64,000 nucleotides of DNA from Limnothrix sp. BL-A-16. GTDB taxonomy: Bacteria > Cyanobacteriota > Cyanobacteriia > CACIAM-69d. How positions within the stretch are numbered: position 1 is the first letter of the stretch; every line of letters begins with the position of its first letter. The stretch is taken from contig CP166615.1 in NCBI GenBank assembly GCA_041937175.2, positions 1,056,001-1,120,000 on the forward strand, written 5' to 3'. A model generated the notes under the pieces. That model was given only the letters and a program-made list of their open reading frames with translations, was not told the origin of the DNA and did no database searches. This document shows, in pieces, positions 1 to 11,350 of this stretch. Made by a program: the position numbers and the translations under genes.

Positions 1-1414
1 CTTTCAAATCCGTGAGGGCGGCTGACAATTCACGGGTGCGCTCTTCCACTCGCTGCTCCAAGGCCAAATTGGCTTGTTCCAGGTGCTCGTTTGCCTGTTC
101 CAATTTTTCAAAGGAGGTTTTTAGTTGCCGACCCATGGAATCAAAGGAATGGGAGAGCGCACTGAGTTCCACAATTGGCGATCGGGGCGGAAGGGTTTGT
201 TTTTGATCAATCGCAAACCGTTCCGCCGCTTCGGCCAACTGTTGCACGGGACGGCTAATAGTCCGGGTGGTGACCACTCCCAGCACCACCGATCCCGCCA
301 CGGCCAAGGCACAAATCCAAATGGTTTGTTCAGTGCTGCGATCCACTTCCCGGGTCAAGTCCGATCGGGGGATGGCCAACAGAATTTGCCAATCTAAGCC
401 CTCTAAACCATTCCAACTGACCGATCGCACAAAATAAGGCTGATCTTGCAGGGGGGCTTCCAGTTCCACATCTTGCAGGAGTTGCCCATCTTTGGCCCGC
501 ACCAAGCTCCCCAAAGATTGCAACACCCGATCGCTGGTGTTATCCATCGATAGGCGCTGAATGGAACCGCTATCCTGAGAGAAGCTATTGCCTGTGGAGG
601 TGGCAATCACCTTCCCATCCCGCTCCAAAAGATAGACCCGGGCATTAGGGGTAACGTGGAGGGCTTGGAGTTGTTGTTGCAAGGCATCAAAGAGAAAGTC
701 AATGCCAATGACCCCCTTGAGCGATCGATTCTTTTCGCTATAGACGGGATAACTGGCAGACACCGCCAGCCGCTTGGTGGGTTCACCGGTTTCCCAGGTA
801 TAAATAGGACTCCAAGTGGGACTTTGTGCCCGCACCCCTGCTAAGTACCAATCATCAGTTCGCGGTTCATAATCATACAAATCAAGCTGTTTTTTAACCT
901 TCCCATTATTATCCAACAGCGATCGCTTCACTTTCCCCAAATGCTGTTTGGGATCAATCACCTCCGAGACCAAATCGCCATTACTCAGCCGTTCAATCCC
1001 GACAAATAATCCCTGAGGATTGGCAAAGTTAATGTAAGTCATGCCGGGATAAATTCGCATACTTTGCCAGAGTTGCTGTTGGATAGCCCCCAAGTCTTCG
1101 GAGGAAATCACATCCCGAGCCAGAAGCTGGGCATTGATGCCATTGATTTGATGCGGTTGCCGCAACTCCTGCAACAACTTGGATTCGACCGTTTCAACCG
1201 TGTGGTTTTCCAGATGATCCACCATCCGGCCAACGGCCTGGCGGCTATTTTGGATCGACCAATAGGCACTCAGACCAACAGCCAAGCCCACTTCCAGGCA
1301 AAACGGAATAATCAGCAAAAACTTGAGACGAATCCAAGCACCTTTGCGGATTCCTGTCTCTTTGGCCGCGCCACTCGATCGCCGTTGATGTTGAACCATC
1401 TTCATAGTCGCCAT
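1..1414 (-). CDS. Cache/HAMP membrane sensor protein, probably a histidine kinase (runs off left edge; start 1414 or 1405)
   Basis: Not in ORF track. Manual translation is open from ATG 1414/1405 to position 2: TM1 (FLLIIPFCLEVGLAVGLSAYWSI), Cache-like periplasmic region (YEPRTDDWY...WSPIYTW...GVIGID), TM2 (IWICALAVAGSVVLGVV), HAMP, then coiled coil LEQRVEERTRELSAALTDLK typical just before HisKA. Confidence 0.85.
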   Translation of the reverse strand, partial: MATMKMVQHQRRSSGAAKETGIRKGAWIRLKFLLIIPFCLEVGLAVGLSAYWSIQNSRQAVGRMVDHLENHTVETVESKLLQELRQPHQINGINAQLLARDVISSEDLGAIQQQLWQSMRIYPGMTYINFANPQGLFVGIERLSNGDLVSEVIDPKQHLGKVKRSLLDNNGKVKKQLDLYDYEPRTDDWYLAGVRAQSPTWSPIYTWETGEPTKRLAVSASYPVYSEKNRSLKGVIGIDFLFDALQQQLQALHVTPNARVYLLERDGKVIATSTGNSFSQDSGSIQRLSMDNTSDRVLQSLGSLVRAKDGQLLQDVELEAPLQDQPYFVRSVSWNGLEGLDWQILLAIPRSDLTREVDRSTEQTIWICALAVAGSVVLGVVTTRTISRPVQQLAEAAERFAIDQKQTLPPRSPIVELSALSHSFDSMGRQLKTSFEKLEQANEHLEQANLALEQRVEERTRELSAALTDLK

Positions 1415-1900
1415 CCACTTTCCTAAACGAATAGTTATAAACCGTCAATTGGAAAAAACTAGGGAAGGCTCGATCGAGTCGCGAGGCCACGGCAGAACGT
1501 CCCAATGAATGTTCAGCAAACGATGCTGCACACAACAATTGGTATGCCAGGATACCATCTGACTTCGATTGTGACCCAAGAAATTTGGGCTAATTTGAAA
1601 GTTCTTTGGAAGTTTTTAAGTTTAAATTTTGTGGAATTGACTAATTTTGTTTAGATTTAAGGGGTTTTTAAATTCCCAGGCTTTGTCACTCGCTCAGAGT
1701 CATCTTTTCGCCAGTTATTCCCAGGATGTCGAACAGTCCTTCAGGATCGGATCCGGCTGTCCTGGAACTGGGAGCAAAAGGCATCAAAATGGAAACGGCC
1801 GGCGAATATTGCCGCCGGTAGCCATCCAGTGTTTGATGGATGGCTTGGCATATTGGGTGATTGGGTTTGCGCCTGGCTCTTGCGGTAGGAGGTTAAAAAC

Positions 1901-4828
1901 GTGGCTAGCGGATTTGTTTCGCAATCGATCGCCCCTGGGGCAACAGTCCCGATCGCGGATCCCCATCAGTTTGCGGCGCGGCACATTGGGCCCGACCCGA
2001 TCGAAGCGGCGGCGATGCTGGAGGCCATGGGGCTGGAATCGATCGACCAACTGATCGATAAAACAATCCCGGCGGATATTCGCTTGGGGCGATCGCTCGA
2101 GTTGCCCCCGGCCATGACGGAAACGGCGGCCCTGGCCCGACTGCGGGAGATTGCCAGCCAAAACCAAATTTGGCGATCGTTCATCGGCACGGGCTACTAC
2201 GGCTGCATCGTGCCCGGCGTGATTCAGCGCAACGTGTTGGAAAATCCCGGCTGGTACACGGCCTACACGCCCTATCAGGCGGAAATTGCCCAGGGTCGGC
2301 TGGAGGCGCTGCTGAATTTCCAGACGATGGTTTGTGATTTGACCGGGTTGGAAATCGCCAATGCGTCCTTGCTGGATGAGGCGACGGCGGCGGCGGAAGC
2401 CATGGCCCTGAGTTATGGCGCGACCCAATCGAAGACGGCGCGGGCCTTTTTTGCGGATCGCGGTTGCCATCCCCAAACGATCGCCCTGTTGCAAACCCGG
2501 GCCCAACCGCTGGGGATTGAGGTGATCGTGGCGGACTGGCGATCGCTGACGGCGGCGGACTGGACGGCACGGGGCATTTTCGGGGCGATCGTCCAATACC
2601 CGACCAGTTTGGGGGCGATCGAGGATTATCGCCAACTGGTGGAGCAGGCCCACGCCGCCGATGCGCTGGTGACGGTGGCCACGGATCTGTTGGCCCTGAC
2701 CCTGCTGGAACCGCCGGGGGACTGGGGCGCGGACATTGCGATCGGCAGTTCCCAGCGGTTCGGTGTGCCCCTCGGCTATGGCGGGCCCCACGCGGCCTTT
2801 TTTGCGACGCGCGATCGGTTCAAGCGGCAACTACCCGGCCGGATCGTCGGCGTTTCCAAGGATGCCCAGGGCAAGCCGGCCCTACGCCTGTCGCTGCAAA
2901 CCCGTGAGCAACATATCCGCCGGGACAAGGCCACCAGCAACATCTGCACGGCCCAGGTGCTGTTGGCGGTGATGGCGGCCATGTATGCCACCTACCACGG
3001 GCCGGCGGGTTTGCAGGTGATCGCCCAGCGGGTGCGCCACCAAACCGTCAGCCTGGCCCATGCCTTGCAAGCTCTGGGTTACGAGGTAGCGGAAACCGCC
3101 CAACTATTCGACACGATCGCCCTGAAACCCACGGATCGATCGCCCCATCGATCGGCTGCGGAGGTGCAAATTGCCGCCGAAGTGCGCCAGGTGAATTTGC
3201 GTTACCTGCCCGACGGGTCGATCGCCCTCAGCCTGGACGAAACGACCACGGATCAGGATCTCGACCAACTGATCAAGATCTTTGGTGGCCAGGCGATCGC
3301 CCCCGTGGAACCACCCGCCCTGAGCCGATCGCGCACCAGCGACTACCTGACCCACCCGGTCTTTAACCGCTACCACAGCGAAACGGAGCTGCTGCGGTAT
3401 TTGCACCGGTTGGAAGCCAAAGACCTAGCCCTGAATCAATCGATGATTCCGCTCGGGTCTTGCACCATGAAGCTGAACGCCACGGCAGAAATGATTCCCG
3501 TCACCTGGCCGGAGTTTGGCAACCTGCACCCCCACGCGCCCCGATCGCAGGCGGCGGGCTACCAAATCCTGTTTGAGGAGCTGGAGCAGGATCTAGCGGA
3601 AATCACCGGCTTTGCGGCCTTGTCCCTGCAACCGAACGCCGGTTCCCAAGGGGAATACGCCGGATTGCTGACCATTCGCCACTACCACGCGGCCCGAGGC
3701 GAGGGCGATCGCACCGTTTGCCTGATTCCCCAATCCGCCCACGGCACGAACCCCGCCAGCGCCGTGATGGTGGGGCTGCAAGTGGTTCCCGTGGCCTGCG
3801 ATGCCAACGGCAACATCGATCTCGACGACCTGCGGGCCAAGGCCGACCAGCACGCCAATCGCCTGGGCGCGTTGATGATCACTTATCCCTCCACCCACGG
3901 CGTGTTTGAGACGGCGATTCGGGAAATCTGCGCGATCGTCCACGATCGGGGCGGCCTGGTCTATATGGACGGCGCGAACCTGAACGCCCAGGTGGGCCTC
4001 TGTCGTCCCGGTGATTTCGGGGCCGATGTGTGCCACCTGAATTTGCACAAAACCTTCTGCATTCCCCACGGCGGCGGCGGCCCCGGCATGGGGCCGATCG
4101 GGGTGGCGGAGCACCTGGCTCCCTTCTTGCCCCCTACCGATTGGCAGGCGATCGCCCAGGCCCCCACGGGCGACGGCTCGATCGGCTTGGTTTCGGCAGC
4201 CCCCTTCGGCAGCGCCAGCATTCTGCCCATTTCCTGGATGTACATTCGGATGATGGGCGCGGACGGCCTGAAACGGGCCACGGAACTGGCAATCCTGAAC
4301 GCCAACTACATCGCCCACCGGCTCGATCGCCATTTCCCCGTGCTCTATCGCGGCGAGGCCGGCTTCGTGGCCCACGAGTGCATCCTCGATCTGCGCGGCG
4401 TGAAACAGTCGGCGGCGATCGAAGTGGACGACATCGCCAAGCGGCTGATGGATTATGGGTTCCACGCGCCCACGGTGTCCTGGCCCGTGTTGGGCACAAT
4501 CATGGTCGAACCCACCGAAAGCGAATCAAAGGCCGAGATCGATCGCTTCTGTGATGCCCTGATCGCGATTCGGGACGAGATTCGGGCGATCGAATCCGGC
4601 TCCCTGCCCCGGGACAACAACCCCCTGAAACACGCGCCCCACGCCGCCGACGTGTTGCTGAAGGCCGACTGGGATCGCCCCTACAGCCGCGAGCAGGGAG
4701 CCTACCCCGCCCCCTGGACGCGCGAGGTGAAATACTGGCCGCCGGTTTCCCGGATCGACAATGCCTGGGGCGATCGCAACCTGGTTTGCGCCTGCCTACC
4801 CATGGAGGCCTACGCCGAACCCAGCTAA
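1901..4828 (+). CDS. gcvP: Glycine dehydrogenase (decarboxylating), glycine cleavage P protein
   Basis: 975 aa; motifs [46 protein letters not shown] lysine in [27 protein letters not shown] before GTG. Confidence 0.98.
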   Translation: MASGFVSQSIAPGATVPIADPHQFAARHIGPDPIEAAAMLEAMGLESIDQLIDKTIPADIRLGRSLELPPAMTETAALARLREIASQNQIWRSFIGTGYYGCIVPGVIQRNVLENPGWYTAYTPYQAEIAQGRLEALLNFQTMVCDLTGLEIANASLLDEATAAAEAMALSYGATQSKTARAFFADRGCHPQTIALLQTRAQPLGIEVIVADWRSLTAADWTARGIFGAIVQYPTSLGAIEDYRQLVEQAHAADALVTVATDLLALTLLEPPGDWGADIAIGSSQRFGVPLGYGGPHAAFFATRDRFKRQLPGRIVGVSKDAQGKPALRLSLQTREQHIRRDKATSNICTAQVLLAVMAAMYATYHGPAGLQVIAQRVRHQTVSLAHALQALGYEVAETAQLFDTIALKPTDRSPHRSAAEVQIAAEVRQVNLRYLPDGSIALSLDETTTDQDLDQLIKIFGGQAIAPVEPPALSRSRTSDYLTHPVFNRYHSETELLRYLHRLEAKDLALNQSMIPLGSCTMKLNATAEMIPVTWPEFGNLHPHAPRSQAAGYQILFEELEQDLAEITGFAALSLQPNAGSQGEYAGLLTIRHYHAARGEGDRTVCLIPQSAHGTNPASAVMVGLQVVPVACDANGNIDLDDLRAKADQHANRLGALMITYPSTHGVFETAIREICAIVHDRGGLVYMDGANLNAQVGLCRPGDFGADVCHLNLHKTFCIPHGGGGPGMGPIGVAEHLAPFLPPTDWQAIAQAPTGDGSIGLVSAAPFGSASILPISWMYIRMMGADGLKRATELAILNANYIAHRLDRHFPVLYRGEAGFVAHECILDLRGVKQSAAIEVDDIAKRLMDYGFHAPTVSWPVLGTIMVEPTESESKAEIDRFCDALIAIRDEIRAIESGSLPRDNNPLKHAPHAADVLLKADWDRPYSREQGAYPAPWTREVKYWPPVSRIDNAWGDRNLVCACLPMEAYAEPS

Positions 4829-4904
4829 AACAACGCTCTAGGGTTGATCGCCGTCATTGTCGGTGAAGACTAAAGCGGCTGGTTTTCCTGGCCACAATCG
4901 CCGT

Positions 4905-4928
4905 AACAAGGGGCTTAAGCCCCTTGTT
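4905..4928. repeat. REP-like palindrome AACAAGGGGCTTAAGCCCCTTGTT
   Basis: Perfect palindrome; same core recurs at 17826, 23259, 31494, 38736, 41955 and 42027; lies between convergent genes. Confidence 0.9.
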
Positions 4929-4982
4929 TGCCAACAGTTTGGCAGTGATAGATCAGAGTTTTCAGTAATTTAAAAATTCGCG

Positions 4983-5483
4983 TTAATCATCCTCGGGGCG
5001 ATCGCTACTCCAAAACAATTCCAAAGCCGATTCATCCACGAGATAGGCCGAGGTTTGATCGCCAATCACCCGCTTGCCCACCCTCGGAAAAGTAGCCATA
5101 TCTAATGGTTTGTTTTCGCCACCCATCAAATAAACCAATTCTTCATCAAAGGGATTGCGCAAGTGGTGCGGCTGTTGCGGAATCCCAAACCCCATGAAAT
5201 CCCCCGGCCCCACTTCATATTCCGCTTCACCAATTTCCGCAATGCCCCGGCCCGACAAAATATAAACCCACTCTTCTTCGGTTTGGTGAGCATGGTAAAT
5301 AAATGACTCTTTACCGGGTGGTACTCGGGCGATCGTCACCCCAATTTGTTTGAGACCAACCGCACGACCCAAAAACCGTAAATCAATTTCTGAATTGGGA
5401 TTGAGCGGATGTTGAAATTGGACTGCATCCATCGCATCAATCTCAGATGCTTTGATCAGCGCAGGTAACTTTTCAGGGTTCAT
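4983..5483 (-). CDS. Cupin domain protein
   Basis: Cupin motifs PPGKESFIYHAHQTEEEWVYILSG and GPGDFMGF...PHHLRN. Confidence 0.9.
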   Translation of the reverse strand: MNPEKLPALIKASEIDAMDAVQFQHPLNPNSEIDLRFLGRAVGLKQIGVTIARVPPGKESFIYHAHQTEEEWVYILSGRGIAEIGEAEYEVGPGDFMGFGIPQQPHHLRNPFDEELVYLMGGENKPLDMATFPRVGKRVIGDQTSAYLVDESALELFWSSDRPEDD

Positions 5484-5495
5484 GGCTTTGGCTCT

Positions 5496-5698
5496 TTAGG
5501 GTACTGAGTCGCTGAGAATTAAACTAGCTGTTTTAGGATCGTATTGAAATTGCTCGATCGCCCCCTCCTGAATTTTCTGGATCGCTGTTTCAATCACCTC
5601 CAGCGGCACAAAAAACCATTCCTTAGGCTTCACCGGTTCCCCGAATCGATCGAGCAATTCAAGCGCTAAGCAGGCACGATCAAAATTCCATGTAATAA
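5496..5698 (-). pseudogene. C-terminal remnant of a T5orf172/GIY-YIG-like (YeeC-like) protein
   Basis: Minus strand reads LLHG, then in another frame FDRACLALELLDRFGEPVKPKEWFFVPLEVIETAIQKIQEGAIEQFQYDPKTASLILSDSVP*; no convincing start; recalled similarity to YeeC-type C-termini (DRFG.P..P.EWF.VPL..I). Confidence 0.7.
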
Positions 5699-5708
5699 CG
5701 GTTGGCGG

Positions 5709-6464
5709 TTAAGTTGGACTTTGATCGGGCGGATTTTGATTAGGGGATTGCGGTTCAGTATTCTCGGTTGTCGTCTGGTTAACATCTGGGTCGCTAGGGG
5801 GCGTTTGCAGTTGTTGCATGAACCAAGCCGCCGCGGCCGTGTTGGTTTCTGTGGCTAGTCGTTCCAGGGTTTGTTCTAGGAGGGCGATCGGTAAACCGGC
5901 TAACACCTGCGATTGTTCCAACAATTGATAGTGACCCGACTCATCCAAGCCAAAGGCAAAAATCCGCAATCCCTTAACATCAACCACCCAATATTCAGGA
6001 ATCCCTAAACTTGCATAAAGCTGTTTTTGTTCATCCAAATCTAGGCTGAGGGTGGTGTCAGCAATTTCACCCACCAGGTCGGGCCGGCGATCGCGTTGTA
6101 GATTAATTCGACGCGGCTGGCCCGGTTGCCATTGGGGAATATTATCCCCTCGATAGAGCACCAAATCGGGCGAACAGGCGTGGGTTTCCGGTGCTTCTAG
6201 TAAGCAGCGACCGTAGGATTGCAGGGTGACTTCTGGATGGAGAAATGCCCAAAATCCAAAAATCATCGTGATCAAATCGCTAAACGCCGCATGATTCGGC
6301 CCTTCAAATCCCATATTGACCCACAACCAATCGTGATGAAATGCAATTTTTTGCCAATTTGAATTGGAATCGCGAACCGCTAGATAATCTGCCCAGGTGG
6401 CATCATGGCGCTGCCAGCGAGATGCCAGTGGTGGTGTGGTGGGTCTATCCAGTGCTAGGGTCAT
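5709..6464 (-). CDS. Uma2 family (DUF820) PD-(D/E)xK endonuclease-like protein
   Basis: SPDLVLY...PDLVGEIADTT...DLDEQKQLYASLGIPEYWVVD. Confidence 0.93.
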   Translation of the reverse strand: MTLALDRPTTPPLASRWQRHDATWADYLAVRDSNSNWQKIAFHHDWLWVNMGFEGPNHAAFSDLITMIFGFWAFLHPEVTLQSYGRCLLEAPETHACSPDLVLYRGDNIPQWQPGQPRRINLQRDRRPDLVGEIADTTLSLDLDEQKQLYASLGIPEYWVVDVKGLRIFAFGLDESGHYQLLEQSQVLAGLPIALLEQTLERLATETNTAAAAWFMQQLQTPPSDPDVNQTTTENTEPQSPNQNPPDQSPT

Positions 6465-6589
6465 CGATCGCCTCCTAGGATCTCTGATCTGCTCTCACTT
6501 TGCTGGCCGAAAACGCGATCGCAGCTGTTATGTAGATTCTCTTTGCAAGCCAGCTCTCAATCAGGTCTCTAATCAAGATTGTGATCGTG

Positions 6590-9500
6590 CTAGTGGGGTT
6601 TTGGGTCGGTGGGGCCAATTGGGTTCCCGATCGCACTGGCGGGGCCCTTGTCCGCCGGGTCTGAGGTTAGCGGATTTTGCTGATCTGCGAAGGTGCGTAA
6701 ACCGTCCAAAATTTTCAGAATTTGAGCGGTGTTCAGGCGATCGAGCGCCCCTTGGCCCTGATTGGCCCAGGCAACCCAAGGCTCTGTTCCGCTGGCCGCC
6801 GACCATTGGGCCAACTGCTCCACAAAACCGCGCATCTGTCGCAGGGTCATGGTTTGGCGCAGGGATCCTTCATAAACCAAAAGCCACGATCGCACCACCA
6901 GGGGATTGGGGGCCGCGTCGGTGGGCTGAATCGGGGCGATCGCCCGGCTTGCAGCTAAATCCGTTGGGGCCAGCGGCGGCGGGGGTTGCTCTGCGGCCTG
7001 TTGCAGGGCAGCTTTCAGGGCCATGTCCAGGCTAGCGGAATGGTCGGCCCCTGAGTTGATCGGGGGATGGGGTGGGATGGGGCCGTTGATTGGCCGCTCT
7101 GTGGGCGATTTTACGGGTAATTCTGGGGGTAATTTTGCGGGTGATTCTGGGGCTAGCGCTGGAGTTAGTTCAAAATTTAACGCCTTGAACGCCAGCGCCC
7201 GATCTCCCGTTGGTTCCGTTGCGAGGGTTGGTTCCGGCTCCGGTGCAAATTTCGATTCTGATCCCCATGGTGCTTGCGGCATCCAGTCTTCAAAGTTCTC
7301 TAGCCCTCTCCAGGCCTCTTGCGTTTCCGGGTGATGGGGTTGGTTGGGGGCGATGGGATGCGGGTTCGATCGCCCCGCGATCGGTGTTGGAACCACCGGA
7401 ACCGCCGGAAAATACAAACAAAACTGGCTGCCTTGCCCCAAGGTGCTGCGTACTTGGATGGTGCCCCCCAGCATGGCCGTGAGCCGCTTGACGATCGCCA
7501 GGCCCAACCCTGTGCCGCCATATTCTCGCTCGCACTGCCCTTCGCTTTGAATAAAGGCTTCAAAAATTCGCGCTTGCTGGTCGGGCGCGATGCCGATGCC
7601 CGTATCTGTGACCGTTAACAGCAGATTGAATGTGGGTTCCTGAAGGGTTTCGGGGTTGGGTTGGCCCGTGAAGTTGGGATTGACGAACGGGGGATGAGTG
7701 GGGCGCTGGTGGGTTGGTACTGGGCGATCGATGTTGTGGGCCGTCTGGGGAACCGCCTGGCTGGGGATGGTTTGCAGGGAAATCGTGACATGGCCGCGCT
7801 CGGTGAACTTCACGGCATTGCCCACCAAGTTGACCAAAATTTGTCGGAGGCGCACGGAGTCAAAGGTGATCAACTCAGGGATGCAATCGGCCACGGCCAC
7901 CTGCACTTGAATCCCTTTTTGTTGGGCTGCCACCGTAAACATTTCCGCCACCTCGCGCAACACTAAGCGTGGGCGAATGGGGCCCCAGTGCAACACCAGT
8001 TTTCCCGCTTCAATTTTTGAGAGATCCAACAAATCGTTAATTAAAGCCAACAGGGTTTCCCCGCTTTGGGTCATCACCTGAAGCCACGATCGGGTTTTGG
8101 GGTCGCGGGCTTCCCGTTGCAGCAGTTCACAAAACCCCAAGATGGAGTTCATGGGGGTGCGAATTTCGTGGCTGAGATTCGCTAAAAATTCGCTCTTGGC
8201 ACGGTTGGCCAGGTCGGCGGCTTCTTTGGCTTGGCGCAGGGCGGCTTCGGCGGTGGCACGGGATTGGGCCATGGCCATCAATGTGCCGACTTGCTGGGCC
8301 CATTTGATGCTGCCGGGTTCCCAAGCGGCGGGCTGGTTCATGGCCAAGACAAAGCAGGCTACTAGTTCACTGCGGTAGTGAATGGGCAACACCCCGATCG
8401 AACCCATGCCCTGTTCGGCTAACCAATGGTTGATTGCAGCATTCAAGGGGTTTGAGCGATCCGCAGAATCTGGCAACAGGATCGGTTCCGATCGATCCAG
8501 GCGATCGCCCAACCAATCCAACGGCAACAACAGCGTTGAGGGATCCGGCGTGAGCGGACAAGCCACCTGATCCGTCGGCCGTAACCAATAGCCATCCAAA
8601 CTCCAGGGCTGACCGGCGGCCGGCCGTGAACAAAACCAGGCATGGCTTAGATGCAGGGCGGAAACCACTGTGGAAAGCGTGGTGGCCAGGGCAACACCAA
8701 TATCTTCGTTCAAAAATTGCTGGGAGAGGCTGGCCAAAACCCGATCGCGGTGCGATCGCCGTTGCAACACCTCCAGCAGCCGTTTCAGATCCGTAATATC
8801 GTTGGCCGTTCCCAGCAGCAATTGCGGCCGCCCCTGCTCATCCAAGCTAAACACCGTTTCCCGACTGCTGAGGGTGCGCCATTCTCCGTTGGCATGACGC
8901 ATTCGATATTCCCGCTCCAAAACCTGGCCCACCTCGGTTCGGGCACAGGTGCGCCCATATTGCAGCAGCGCCAACCAGTCATCGGGGTGAAGCACATCCA
9001 CAAAGGAGCCTTGGGCCATGCGCTGAATTTCCGGCACCGAGTAGCCCAGCAGGGTTTCCACCGCTTGGTTCACATAGACCAACTCTTGATCCAACAGGTT
9101 GTAGAGGTAGAGCAAGTTGGGGGTGGAGTCGGCCAACTGCTGCACAAATCGCTGGCTTTCGGCCAGTTGGGCCGTGCGTTCCTGAACGCGCTGTTCTAGC
9201 TGTTCGTTCAGTTGGCGCAAGGCTCCTTCAACGGCCTTGAGGGGGGTGATGTCTGCAATGTTGCCCAGCAGTTGGGTGGGATGACCTTGGCGATCGCGCG
9301 AGAAGATCGTTAACCGCTCAAAGAGCCAGCGCCATTCCCCGTCCGATCGCTGCATTCGATATTCCCGCTCGCAAATTTCCCCATCCGTGCAGCTCAAAAC
9401 GGTTTCGTAGTGATGGGCCAAGCGCTCAAAATCGTCGGGATGCACCAGGCGCACCACCATGGCGCTGGTCATGGCTTGGATTTCCCGAGGGGTGTAGCCC

Positions 9501-11350
9501 AAAATATCCTGCACCGCATGGTTGATGTAGAGGGTGCGGTTCTGGGTCAGATCGTAGAGATAGACCATGTTGGGGTTCGCATCGGCCATTTTTTGCAGCA
9601 TGTGTTGACTGTGGGCCAGGTCGGTGGACTGTTCGGCGGCGCGGGTTGCTAATTCCGTGTTGAGGCGATCGATCGCGCGGTTCGCCCGCTGTCGTTCCAG
9701 CTCGGCCGCAGCCCGGGCCGCAAAAATTCGCAAAATGGTGATGTGGTTGGGATCTTCCGGCAAGGGCTGCGTATCCATCACAATTAAGGCCCCGATCGTT
9801 GTGCCTTGGGAGTCTTGGAGGGGCACGCCTGCATAGCTTTCGGCTCCCAGGTTGCGCAGGTTGGTTCCTTGGGGAAATTGGGACTGCAAATGTTGCCCAC
9901 AGGTGTAGGTTTGGCCGCCAAAAACGATGGCACAGGGGTGATGGGTCCAGTAATAGGCAAAGCTGGTTCCCCATTCCGTTTGATTCCACCAGGCCAACAC
10001 CTCCGCTTGGTTGCATCGATGATCCATGACGCTGGTGAGAAAGGCATAGCGAACGCCTAGGGATTCGGCCAACAGCCGCACGCAGTTCTCAAAAAAGGCT
10101 TTGCCGGTGCTGGTGGTGGCTTCGACCAAGGCCCGCAACATGGCTTCCCGGCGCTGGAGGTCGCTGATGTCTTGGAAGGCTAAGAACAAACAGGCTTGGC
10201 CGTCCAGCTCGATCGGGGCGGCAGACAGTTGCACCAATTTGCGCTGGCCGTTGAGATCGTGAATTGCGAGTTCCGGCGACTGGTAATAGCGACCGGTTTG
10301 GATGGTGGAGCGAATTTGTTGATAGTCCCGATCGCGCAAAAATCCCTGAAGTGACTGCACACCGAGGCCTTGCACTTCCGCTGGCAAATAGCCGGCCAAG
10401 CGTGTGAAGGCTTCATTGGCTTCCAAAATCAAACCTCCTCCATCCAAAATTAGGCCAGGAGAAGGATTAAGTCGAAAAACCGCCATCCAGCGTGATTCGG
10501 TCAGGCGCAAGGCTTGGGCAATGGACTGACTGACCCGATCGCGATCGGGATTGCGATAAACCAAGGGGTGATCGGTGGCGGCCAGGGTTGGCAGGGGCGA
10601 TCGGTTCCAGGGGCGATCAAGTGCAGGTTTAGTTAATCCAGGTTTAGTTAATCCAGGTTTAGTTAATCCAGGTTTAGTTAATCCAGGTTTTATGGATTCA
10701 GGGTCGATCGCCCCCCCAGACCCGATGAATTCAGCGGATTCCGACAGACTCAACTCAGGAACTTCCGCCGCCTGCGTTTCGGCGGCCTGCTCCAATCCTT
10801 CCAGCCGCAAGGCCACCGCCAACGACAGGGCCACCCCTTGCAATTCCCGCTGGGCCACAATCGGCAGGGGTGGCATCGGAGCCGATTGCACGGCCATCAG
10901 CCAACCCCAATGGCGTTGTTGGGGGGCAATGGGAATCGCCACAAAACATTGAATTTGCAAGGCCTTGAGATGTTGCGAGAGCAAGGGCGATCGCCGTTGA
11001 AGCGGCCCCGCCACCCCAATCACTGGCTCTAACACCGTGACGGGCAGCAGCGGAAACTGCAACGGCAACTCTCCACCCAAGCGGCTGTCCTCATCGGGGC
11101 GGCTGGATTCATAAACCACCTGTAATGCTTGGTTATGGATCCGCTGGGCAATCAACACCGCATCCACCCCCAACTGCAGCCGCAAATCGCTCAAGGCGGC
11201 TTGGGCAATGCGAGACCAGCGATCGCCCCGAGCCAACCGCTCCATCACTCGTTGGGCCAGATTTCCCGTTTCCGTTGCCCGCTGTCCGCGCGATCGCTCA
11301 ACGCTGTGGCCCATGTCCGGGCGATCGAGAAAGGTCTCACTCAGTGCCAT
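6590..11350 (-). CDS. Multi-GAF/PAS sensor histidine kinase
   Basis: GAF-PAS-GAF-PAS-PAS-GAF, then HisKA (AKSEFLANLSHEIRTPMN) and HATPase (LRQILVNLVGNAVKFT, DTGIGI, GGTGLGLAI); Pro-rich tail, no recognisable receiver domain. Confidence 0.95.
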   Translation of the reverse strand: MALSETFLDRPDMGHSVERSRGQRATETGNLAQRVMERLARGDRWSRIAQAALSDLRLQLGVDAVLIAQRIHNQALQVVYESSRPDEDSRLGGELPLQFPLLPVTVLEPVIGVAGPLQRRSPLLSQHLKALQIQCFVAIPIAPQQRHWGWLMAVQSAPMPPLPIVAQRELQGVALSLAVALRLEGLEQAAETQAAEVPELSLSESAEFIGSGGAIDPESIKPGLTKPGLTKPGLTKPGLTKPALDRPWNRSPLPTLAATDHPLVYRNPDRDRVSQSIAQALRLTESRWMAVFRLNPSPGLILDGGGLILEANEAFTRLAGYLPAEVQGLGVQSLQGFLRDRDYQQIRSTIQTGRYYQSPELAIHDLNGQRKLVQLSAAPIELDGQACLFLAFQDISDLQRREAMLRALVEATTSTGKAFFENCVRLLAESLGVRYAFLTSVMDHRCNQAEVLAWWNQTEWGTSFAYYWTHHPCAIVFGGQTYTCGQHLQSQFPQGTNLRNLGAESYAGVPLQDSQGTTIGALIVMDTQPLPEDPNHITILRIFAARAAAELERQRANRAIDRLNTELATRAAEQSTDLAHSQHMLQKMADANPNMVYLYDLTQNRTLYINHAVQDILGYTPREIQAMTSAMVVRLVHPDDFERLAHHYETVLSCTDGEICEREYRMQRSDGEWRWLFERLTIFSRDRQGHPTQLLGNIADITPLKAVEGALRQLNEQLEQRVQERTAQLAESQRFVQQLADSTPNLLYLYNLLDQELVYVNQAVETLLGYSVPEIQRMAQGSFVDVLHPDDWLALLQYGRTCARTEVGQVLEREYRMRHANGEWRTLSSRETVFSLDEQGRPQLLLGTANDITDLKRLLEVLQRRSHRDRVLASLSQQFLNEDIGVALATTLSTVVSALHLSHAWFCSRPAAGQPWSLDGYWLRPTDQVACPLTPDPSTLLLPLDWLGDRLDRSEPILLPDSADRSNPLNAAINHWLAEQGMGSIGVLPIHYRSELVACFVLAMNQPAAWEPGSIKWAQQVGTLMAMAQSRATAEAALRQAKEAADLANRAKSEFLANLSHEIRTPMNSILGFCELLQREARDPKTRSWLQVMTQSGETLLALINDLLDLSKIEAGKLVLHWGPIRPRLVLREVAEMFTVAAQQKGIQVQVAVADCIPELITFDSVRLRQILVNLVGNAVKFTERGHVTISLQTIPSQAVPQTAHNIDRPVPTHQRPTHPPFVNPNFTGQPNPETLQEPTFNLLLTVTDTGIGIAPDQQARIFEAFIQSEGQCEREYGGTGLGLAIVKRLTAMLGGTIQVRSTLGQGSQFCLYFPAVPVVPTPIAGRSNPHPIAPNQPHHPETQEAWRGLENFEDWMPQAPWGSESKFAPEPEPTLATEPTGDRALAFKALNFELTPALAPESPAKLPPELPVKSPTERPINGPIPPHPPINSGADHSASLDMALKAALQQAAEQPPPPLAPTDLAASRAIAPIQPTDAAPNPLVVRSWLLVYEGSLRQTMTLRQMRGFVEQLAQWSAASGTEPWVAWANQGQGALDRLNTAQILKILDGLRTFADQQNPLTSDPADKGPASAIGNPIGPTDPKPH
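10624..10690. repeat. 15-bp tandem repeat (CAGGTTTAGTTAATC x4.5) encoding (KPGLT)n in the kinase
   Basis: Directly visible, in frame. Confidence 0.95.

Noticed and set aside
1711..1771. Possible glycine riboswitch upstream of gcvP
   Set aside because: Only a loose stem (CCAGTT/AACTGG, CCAGGA/TCCTGG); the conserved GGAGA...CCGAAG...CTCAGG elements are not visible.
1784..4554. Long antisense or alternate-frame ORFs over gcvP (1784-2830, 3593-4465, 4030-4554) and similar shadows over other GC-rich genes
   Set aside because: They overlap a clearly conserved gene, show no motifs, and are expected in high-GC coding DNA.
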